A DNA stretch of 5,641 bases from Deinococcus radiodurans R1 = ATCC 13939 = DSM 20539. GTDB taxonomy: Bacteria > Deinococcota > Deinococci > Deinococcales > Deinococcaceae. The stretch covers positions 1,302,385 to 1,308,025 of the forward strand of contig NC_001263.1 in the NCBI RefSeq assembly GCF_000008565.1, in the 5' to 3' direction. This document shows positions 1 to 5,641 of this stretch, piece after piece (positions within the stretch are counted from its first letter, which is position 1; each line of letters starts with the position of its first letter). A program made the translations under genes and the position numbers. Below the pieces are notes generated by a model. That model was not told the origin of the DNA and searched no databases. It was given only the letters and a program-made list of their open reading frames with translations.

Positions 1-285
1 GCGAGCGTGGTGCTGATGCGGCCCGGCTTGCTGCTCGCGGGGCTGGCGGTGGCGCTGCTCTCGTCCGCGCTGCCGTACTCGCTGGAAATGATCGCGCTGC
101 GGGCCATTCCGCCGCACATCTTCGGCGTGCTGATGAGCCTCGAACCGGCCATTGCCGCGCTGAGCGGGTGGCTGCTGCTGCACGAGGCGCTGACCTCCCG
201 GCAGTGGCTGGCGCTGCTGTGCGTGGCGGCGGCGAGTGCGGGCATCTCGCTGACGGCCCGGCGTCCGGCGAGGGCAGAAGTCTGA
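1..285 (+). CDS. rhtA: EamA/DMT-superfamily transporter, RhtA-like (threonine/homoserine exporter family); C-terminal ~94 codons only, 5' end outside the window
   Basis: Frame 1 is open from base 1 to the TGA at 283-285. The translation ...LPYSLEMIALRAIPPHIFGVLMSLEPAIAALSGWLLLHEALTSRQWLALLCVAAASAGISLTARR closely parallels the C-terminal EamA repeat of E. coli RhtA as I remember it (LPYSLEMIAL...FGTLMSMEPALAA..G...L.E.L). It contains two or three hydrophobic TM segments and G/C-rich third codon positions. The family call is firm; the rhtA orthology is from memory only. Confidence 0.8.
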   Translation, partial: ASVVLMRPGLLLAGLAVALLSSALPYSLEMIALRAIPPHIFGVLMSLEPAIAALSGWLLLHEALTSRQWLALLCVAAASAGISLTARRPARAEV

Positions 286-321
286 AGAATGGCTGCATCT
301 GCCGCGCCTCGCCGGTTGGTA

Positions 322-338
322 GAGCCTGTCAGTCTAGC
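322..338. repeat. IS left terminal inverted repeat (IR-L), preceded by TA (320-321)
   Basis: GAGCCTGTCAGTCTAGC aligns with the reverse complement of 1212-1228 (GAGGCTGTCAGGCTAGC). The two mismatches fall at IR positions 4 and 12. Confidence 0.85.
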
Positions 339-408
339 AATCTGACTTTTTATAAAAAATATGTAAATAGCATAGTAAGGGTGTCACGGCTGGGTGTAGA
401 ACTGGGAC

Positions 409-1221
409 ATGCTGTCAGAGCGAAAACCCTACAAGAGCGACCTGGATGACGAAACTTACCTCTTCATCCTGCCTTACTTTCTGCTCGCTCCAGAAGACGC
501 TCACCAGCGCGTCTACCCGATACGTGAAGTCCTCAATGCCGCTCTGTGGATTGGCCGCACAGGGAGTCAGTGGGAGTACCTCCCACACGACTTTCCGCCA
601 TACAAAATTGTCCATCAGCAACTGATGCGGTGGTTTGAACGAGGTTGCTTCGAGAACCTCGCTCACGACCTGCATTCACTGGTTCGCGAGGACGCCCTCA
701 AGGAGGGCGTTCCTACCGTTGCCATCGTGGATAGCCGCACTCTGCAAAGCACGCCCGAGAGTGGCGGACGTGCTGGATATGACGGTGGAAAGCGTCGTAA
801 GGGCAGCAAAATCCACGCTGCTGTCGACACGATGGGTAATGTCATGACGTTGCTCGTCACCCCTGGCAATGAGCAAGACCGAGAACAGGTCTATGACTTG
901 TGCCGCGAGGTGCAGCAGGTCACTGGTGACCACATTGATGTCGTTATCGCCGACCAGGGGTACACCGGAGAGCAGCCGCAGATTGATGCTTCCTTGAACG
1001 ATGTGGAACTTGTTGTGGTGAAACGCCCGACTGGAGCGACGGGCTTTGTGCTGCTTCCGTTGCGATGGGTGGTTGAACGGACATTCGCCTGGACAGCACG
1101 TTTTCGCCGTCTATCACGTGATTTGGAGAGGCTGCAAAGCAGTCTCCTCGGCTTTCACTGGCTCGCGGTATCTGTTACGCTCCTAAACAAATTAAAGCCA
1201 ATTCTTGGCTCGCTAGCCTGA
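409..1221 (+). CDS. IS5-family DDE transposase (N-terminal DUF4096-like HTH region plus DDE_Tnp_1 catalytic domain), 270 aa, apparently intact
   Basis: The ATG at 409 is the first possible start, because an in-frame TAG lies at 397-399. The N-terminus [13 protein letters not shown]...[44 protein letters not shown] is the typical IS4/IS5 putative-transposase N-domain. The catalytic blocks are all present with no frameshift or internal stop: [45 protein letters not shown] and [22 protein letters not shown]. Confidence 0.92.
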   Translation: MLSERKPYKSDLDDETYLFILPYFLLAPEDAHQRVYPIREVLNAALWIGRTGSQWEYLPHDFPPYKIVHQQLMRWFERGCFENLAHDLHSLVREDALKEGVPTVAIVDSRTLQSTPESGGRAGYDGGKRRKGSKIHAAVDTMGNVMTLLVTPGNEQDREQVYDLCREVQQVTGDHIDVVIADQGYTGEQPQIDASLNDVELVVVKRPTGATGFVLLPLRWVVERTFAWTARFRRLSRDLERLQSSLLGFHWLAVSVTLLNKLKPILGSLA

Positions 1222-1228
1222 CAGCCTC
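1212..1228. repeat. IS right terminal inverted repeat (IR-R), followed by TA (1229-1230)
   Basis: GCTAGCCTGACAGCCTC is the inverted partner of 322-338. The transposase stop codon TGA (1219-1221) lies within it. Confidence 0.85.
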
Positions 1229-1302
1229 TAGGCTGAAGGTCTGATGCCTCTGACATCTGCCCTGCTGTTCCTGTCCGCCCTTCCCCTGAGCTGGAGTGCC
1301 CG

Positions 1303-2238
1303 GTGAGCGGCGGCTTGGTCGCCCTGCTCGACGACGTGGCAGCGATTGCCAAACTCGCCGCCGCTTCGGTGGACGACATCGGCGCGGCGGCGGGCCGGGC
1401 GGGAGCCAAGGCGGTCGGCGTGGTGGTGGACGACACCGCCGTCACGCCGCGTTACGTCGCCGGCTTCCGGCCCGAGCGCGAGCTGCCGGTCATCTGGAAA
1501 ATCGCCAAGGGGTCGCTGTTCAACAAGATTGTCCTGATTCTGCCGGTAATACTCCTGCTCAGCCAGTTCGTGCCGTGGGCGATGAACCCCCTGCTGATGC
1601 TCGGCGGGCTTTACCTGAGTTTCGAGGGCGCCGAGAAACTGTATGAGGCGCTGACTGGCGGCGACCACGATGAGGCGGGAGACGCGGCGGCTGTTGGCAC
1701 CCCCGAGCACGAAAAACAGATGGTGAGCGGCGCCATTCGCACCGATTTCATCCTCTCGGCGGAGATCATGGTCATCGCGCTCGCTGAAGTGACCGAACAG
1801 GCGCTGTTCGTCCGCGCCGTCACGCTGGTGATCGTCGCCCTCCTGATCACGCTGCTGGTGTACGGCGTCGTCGGCCTGATCGTCAAAATGGACGACATCG
1901 GTCTGAAGATGGCGCAGGGGCGGCTGGGCACGACCCGCGCGCTGGGTCGGGGGCTGGTGCGGGGAATGCCGGTCGTGATGTCGGTGCTCTCGGTGGTCGG
2001 CACGGCGGCGATGCTGTGGGTCGGCGGACACATTCTGGTCTCAGGGCTGGAAAAGTTCGGCTTCGGCTGGCTCGCCCACGCCATTTACCACGACGCGGAG
2101 GCGGCGGGCCACGCCCTGCCTTTCCTCGGCGGCGCGGTGACCTGGTTCGTGGAAACGCTCGGCTCGGCGATGGTCGGCCTGGCGGTCGGCGCCCTGATCG
2201 TGGGGCTGCTGCATCTGCTGCCCCGTAAGGAGCACTGA
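1303..2238 (+). CDS. DUF808-family inner-membrane protein (E. coli YedI-like), 311 aa
   Basis: A GTG start at 1303 follows GGAG (1293-1296) by 6 nt. The N-terminus GGLVALLDDVAAIAKLAAASVDDIGAAAG...VVVDDTAVTPRYVAGFRPERELPVIWKIAKGSLFNKIVLILP...PWAMNPLLMLGGLYLSFEGAEK is the characteristic DUF808 signature as I recall it from YedI. There are several C-terminal TM helices and strong GC3 bias. Confidence 0.85.
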   Translation: MSGGLVALLDDVAAIAKLAAASVDDIGAAAGRAGAKAVGVVVDDTAVTPRYVAGFRPERELPVIWKIAKGSLFNKIVLILPVILLLSQFVPWAMNPLLMLGGLYLSFEGAEKLYEALTGGDHDEAGDAAAVGTPEHEKQMVSGAIRTDFILSAEIMVIALAEVTEQALFVRAVTLVIVALLITLLVYGVVGLIVKMDDIGLKMAQGRLGTTRALGRGLVRGMPVVMSVLSVVGTAAMLWVGGHILVSGLEKFGFGWLAHAIYHDAEAAGHALPFLGGAVTWFVETLGSAMVGLAVGALIVGLLHLLPRKEH

Positions 2239-2262
2239 GCTCTGGGCAAATTCAGGCAAAGG

Positions 2263-2290
2263 AGGCGCCTGGGCCGCGGCCTGGGCGCCT
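2263..2290 (+). terminator. GC-rich hairpin 25 nt downstream of the DUF808 stop codon; possible U-tract-poor terminator or structural/repeat element
   Basis: AGGCGCCUGGGCC-GC-GGCCUGGGCGCCU is a self-complementary 28-mer with about 11 Watson-Crick pairs plus 2 G-U pairs. The nearest T run (TTTT, 2301-2304) is 10 nt beyond the stem, so this is not a textbook intrinsic terminator. Confidence 0.35.
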
Positions 2291-2340
2291 GCTGACTGGC
2301 TTTTCTGCGTCCGAATGCACCATCCGGGCTGCCCGGGCGC

Positions 2341-2346
2341 TATACT
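2341..2346 (+). promoter_or_regulatory. Candidate -10 hexamer TATACT for the radical SAM gene
   Basis: TATACT matches TATAAT at 5 of 6 positions and lies 77 nt upstream of the TTG at 2423. I found no convincing -35 at a 16-19 nt spacing. A small hairpin (2324-2336, CCGGG-CTG-CCCGG) occupies the spacer region. Confidence 0.25.
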
Positions 2347-2422
2347 GTCTGGCTGTGACGTGCGCCGCCTGACGTGAACGATGCTTTCCCCGGCGCACCC
2401 CGGAGCGTAGCCCCCCTTCACG

Positions 2423-3991
<1,569 letters not shown>

Positions 3992-4011
3992 AAAAAGCAG
4001 ACTTGAAAAGG

Positions 4012-4050
4012 AGAAGCGAGACGCAGCGAAGATGCTGGCGTCCCGCTTCT
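4012..4050. terminator. Hairpin terminator between convergent genes; best fit as an intrinsic terminator of the minus-strand ccdA cluster, possibly bidirectional
   Basis: AGAAGCGAGACGCAGC-GAAGAT-GCTGGCGTCCCGCTTCT forms a stem of about 15 bp with one bulge and one mismatch. On the minus strand the stem is followed directly by CCTTTTCAAGTCTGCTTTTTT. On the plus strand only TCGGTTGGG follows. The hairpin lies 10 nt past the small-ORF stop (4061-4063) and 20 nt past the radical SAM stop (3989-3991). Confidence 0.6.
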
Positions 4051-4060
4051 TCGGTTGGGC

Positions 4061-4264
4061 TCAGGCCCGAAAGACAGCTTTGAGCACCGCGTACCCCACG
4101 ACGTACAGGACGCCGTAGAGCACCAGAACGCTCAGCAGGGCCAGATACCACGGCCAGTGCAGTCCCAGGGCGGCAATCAGGCCGGCGCTGGTGGCGAGGT
4201 AGGCGGCAATCAGGGTGGCGAGGCGGCGGGCTTTGTCGGTCGGGGTCCAGGAGTCGAGGTTCAT
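4061..4264 (-). CDS. Small hypothetical membrane protein, 67 aa, two predicted TM helices; translationally coupled to ccdA
   Basis: The ATG at 4264-4262 lies 2 nt after the ccdA stop (TAA-CT-ATG). AAGGTG sits 5 nt upstream of that ATG, inside the ccdA 3' end. The product is MNLDSWTPTDKARRLATLIAAYLATSAGLIAALGLHWPWYLALLSVLVLYGVLYVVGYAVLKAVFRA, with basic N- and C-terminal ends, two hydrophobic helices and a short HWPW loop. Third codon positions are overwhelmingly G/C, as in neighbouring genes. The track's longer version begins at GTG 4282 and would overlap ccdA by 16 nt. Confidence 0.6.
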   Translation of the reverse strand: MNLDSWTPTDKARRLATLIAAYLATSAGLIAALGLHWPWYLALLSVLVLYGVLYVVGYAVLKAVFRA

Positions 4265-4266
4265 AG

Positions 4267-4959
4267 TTACACCTTGAGCCACTCGGGCATCACGCTGAAA
4301 AAGAAGGTGGCGAGGCGGGTAAACTGCCCGGTCAACATCATCACGCCGACGATGACCAGCACGGCGCCGCCGACTTTTTCAAAAATCCCGGCGTAGCGGT
4401 TGAGGCGCCGCAGGTTCAGCCGGTCCCACAGCAGCGCGGCGAGGAGAAAGGGGAGGGCGAGCCCCAGCGTGTAGGCGACCAGCAGCCGCACGCCGCTGCC
4501 CAGGCTGGCGCTGCTCGCGGCGAGGCCCAGGATGCTGCCCAGCGTCGGCCCCAGGCAAGGACTCCACCCGAAGGCGAAGGCAGCGCCGAGCGCGACGGGG
4601 CCGTAGCCCCCCGCGTCGGCGAGCTGCCGGGTGTCGCGCATCAGGAAGGGCAGGCGGATGACGCCCAGCATCACCAGTCCGAAAAAGACGATGAGCACGG
4701 CGGCGAGTTGCCCCAGCAGCAGCTTGTGCGGCGCGAGAAAGGCGCCCAGCGTGCTGGCGGTGGCGCCCAGGGCCACGAACACCAGCCCGAAGCCGGCGAT
4801 AAAGCCCAGAGCGCGGCCCAGCGGAGCTTTTGCGCCTCCCAGCACACCGAGATAACTCGGCAGCAGCGGCAGCACGCAGGGACTCAGGAAGGAAATCAGC
4901 CCCGCCAGAAACGCGACGGTCAGGGAGGGGGCGGCACTCACGTTCACACCCGGCAGCAT
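4267..4959 (-). CDS. ccdA: Cytochrome c biogenesis protein CcdA (DsbD-family transmembrane thiol:disulfide electron transporter), 230 aa
   Basis: Both hallmark cysteine motifs are present: LISFLSPCVLPLLPSYLGVLGG in TM1 and FAFGWSPCLGPTLGSILGLA in TM4. There are about six hydrophobic helices and the length is typical of CcdA. The ATG is at 4959-4957 and the stop TAA at 4269-4267. Confidence 0.92.
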   Translation of the reverse strand: MLPGVNVSAAPSLTVAFLAGLISFLSPCVLPLLPSYLGVLGGAKAPLGRALGFIAGFGLVFVALGATASTLGAFLAPHKLLLGQLAAVLIVFFGLVMLGVIRLPFLMRDTRQLADAGGYGPVALGAAFAFGWSPCLGPTLGSILGLAASSASLGSGVRLLVAYTLGLALPFLLAALLWDRLNLRRLNRYAGIFEKVGGAVLVIVGVMMLTGQFTRLATFFFSVMPEWLKV

Positions 4960-4987
4960 AGCGGGCGCGCGGCGGGCGAGCTGTCCC

Positions 4988-5533
4988 TCAGCTTTTCCTG
5001 CGCTCGGCGGCCACCGGCTCGCCCAGTTCGATGGGCTGGAACTTCTGGCGCAGGTAGTGGCCCTGCGCGAGCATCCGGTCCGCCGCCGCCGAGTCGCGGC
5101 CCAGCGCTTCTTCCACCCCCTGCGACATCAGTTCGAGTTGCTCGCGCAGCAGCTCTTCGGGGTTTTGCCCCTGTGCGGTGAGCTGCTGCCGGGCGGCGGG
5201 CGTGAGGTTGAGGTAGGCCCGCAGCGTGGCCGGCAGCTCCTCGCCTCGCGCTTGGGAAATCAGGTAACGGGCGCGGGCGTCCAGCCCGGCGAGCGGCGCG
5301 TCTTCCAGGCGGCACAGCAGCGCCAGCACGTACAGGCGGTGCGGCTCGGGAATCCGCAGGGCGAGGGCGGGTGCGTCGTCTACGCCGGGCACCTCGGGGG
5401 CGGGCTGCGCGGCTTGCAGGGCCCGTTCCTCGCGCAGCCGCTCCATCTGATGCCGGTGCTTCATCTCCCGCCGAACCAGTGGAAAGCCGAAGACGATGGC
5501 AAAAAATCCCAGCGACATGATGATGTCTTCCAT
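4988..5533 (-). CDS. Hypothetical single-pass membrane-anchored protein, 181 aa, function unknown; first gene of the ccdA cluster
   Basis: I prefer the ATG at 5533-5531, which follows GGGAGA (5544-5539) by 5 nt. The product begins MEDIIMSLGFFAIVFGFPLVRREMKHRHQMERLREERA.... It has one N-terminal TM helix followed by a strongly basic segment, which under the positive-inside rule suggests a cytoplasmic C-terminal domain. The remaining ~130 aa are Ala/Leu/Arg/Glu/Gln-rich and probably helical. There is no CxxC motif or other motif I recognise. The stop TGA at 4990-4988 lies 28 nt from the ccdA start. The track's 214-aa version adds 33 N-terminal codons from TTG 5632, which have poorer GC3 and no RBS. 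Confidence 0.65.
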   Translation of the reverse strand: MEDIIMSLGFFAIVFGFPLVRREMKHRHQMERLREERALQAAQPAPEVPGVDDAPALALRIPEPHRLYVLALLCRLEDAPLAGLDARARYLISQARGEELPATLRAYLNLTPAARQQLTAQGQNPEELLREQLELMSQGVEEALGRDSAAADRMLAQGHYLRQKFQPIELGEPVAAERRKS

Positions 5534-5641
5534 ACTGTTCTCCCGACTCCAGCCTACCCCCGGCGGGTGAGGCCAGCGTCCGACCAAGGGTTGATACGGT
5601 TGCAAATTGAGTCCCGACATGTCCGGGCGCAATTTTTGCGG

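Larger units (their letters stand above)
322..1228 (+). mobile_element. Complete IS5-family insertion sequence (IS427/IS1031-like size class, 907 bp) with terminal inverted repeats, TA target-site duplication and a single transposase ORF
   Basis: The left end GAGCCTGTCAGTCTAGC (322-338) matches the reverse complement of the right end GCTAGCCTGACAGCCTC (1212-1228) at 15 of 17 positions. TA sits immediately outside both ends (320-321 and 1229-1230). GC content drops visibly relative to the flanks, and there is an AT-rich stretch at 341-380. One DDE transposase ORF fills the element, with its stop codon inside the right IR. Confidence 0.88.

Noticed and set aside
341-380. AT-rich stretch inside the IS left end as a transposase promoter (CTGACT 342-347, 16-nt spacer, TAAATA 364-369)
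   Set aside because: The location is plausible, but the hexamer matches are only about 4/6 and 3/6, and several alternatives exist in the same AT-rich run. This is too weak to list as a feature.
168-449. 93-aa plus-strand ORF running from the transporter gene across the IS boundary
   Set aside because: It is out of frame with the well-supported EamA reading and crosses the IS terminal repeat and the AT-rich IS leader. It is not a plausible gene.
415-933. Several 68-86-aa ORFs inside or antisense to the transposase gene (415-675, 663-869, 676-933 minus; 635-847 plus)
   Set aside because: They lie entirely within the intact transposase CDS and show no motif. IS427/IS1031-type elements sometimes use a two-ORF frameshift, but here the single frame carries both the N-terminal and DDE domains, so no second ORF is needed.
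296-1261. 8-mer CATCTGCC present on both sides of the IS (296-303 and 1254-1261)
   Set aside because: The copies are 18 and 25 bp away from the IS ends, so they are not positioned as a target-site duplication. A single 8-mer match in GC-rich flanks is compatible with chance. The TA directly abutting both IRs is the better duplication candidate.
1228-2031. 267-aa minus-strand ORF (His/Arg/Asp-rich) and the 157-aa ORF at 1611-2084, both antisense to the DUF808 gene
   Set aside because: The composition (runs such as HRRRADHREHRHHDRH) is what antisense reading of a GC3-rich membrane-protein gene produces. There are no motifs, and the sense frame has strong DUF808 similarity.
4055-5315. Plus-strand ORFs 4055-4396, 4631-4855 and 4708-5181, and minus-strand alternate-frame ORFs 4379-4567 and 4944-5315
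   Set aside because: All are Arg/Pro/Gly/Ala-rich off-frame or antisense readings of ccdA and its neighbours. None has start-site support or a domain signature.
5534-5632. 33-codon N-terminal extension (TTG 5632) of the first minus-strand gene, giving 214 aa
   Set aside because: The extension has noticeably weaker G/C third-position bias (codons such as AAT, CAA, TAT, GGA) and a Pro/Gly/Trp-rich, non-protein-like sequence. A good GGGAGA RBS sits 5 nt before the internal ATG at 5533, which immediately precedes the TM helix.

Overview
This is a high-GC bacterial chromosomal window. Its codon style and gene content remind me of Deinococcus-Thermus, but that is an impression I cannot verify here. 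Reading left to right, there are six protein-coding genes plus one insertion sequence. (1) The 3' end of an RhtA-like EamA/DMT transporter gene lies on the + strand and is truncated by the window edge. (2) A complete 907-bp IS5-family insertion sequence (322-1228) has visibly lower GC, 17-bp imperfect terminal inverted repeats, a flanking TA duplication and one intact 270-aa DDE transposase ORF. (3) A DUF808 (YedI-like) inner-membrane protein gene (+) starts 72 bp downstream of the IS. (4) A 184-bp structured spacer is followed by a 522-aa radical SAM gene (+) with a CxxxCxxC motif and an N-terminal B12-binding-like domain, with no partner gene. (5) A hairpin terminator is shared with a convergent minus-strand cluster. 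That cluster encodes a 181-aa single-pass membrane protein of unknown function, CcdA (the DsbD-family thiol-disulfide electron transporter), and a translationally coupled 67-aa two-TM small protein. I see no tRNA, rRNA, CRISPR array, recognisable defence or toxin-antitoxin module, or phage gene. My honest reading is an ordinary housekeeping neighbourhood carrying one recent IS insertion. The points most worth follow-up are the uncharacterised proteins flanking ccdA, the orphan radical SAM enzyme with its structured, repeat-bearing leader, and a possible IS-generated hybrid promoter. All long antisense ORFs in the six-frame track look like high-GC shadow ORFs.
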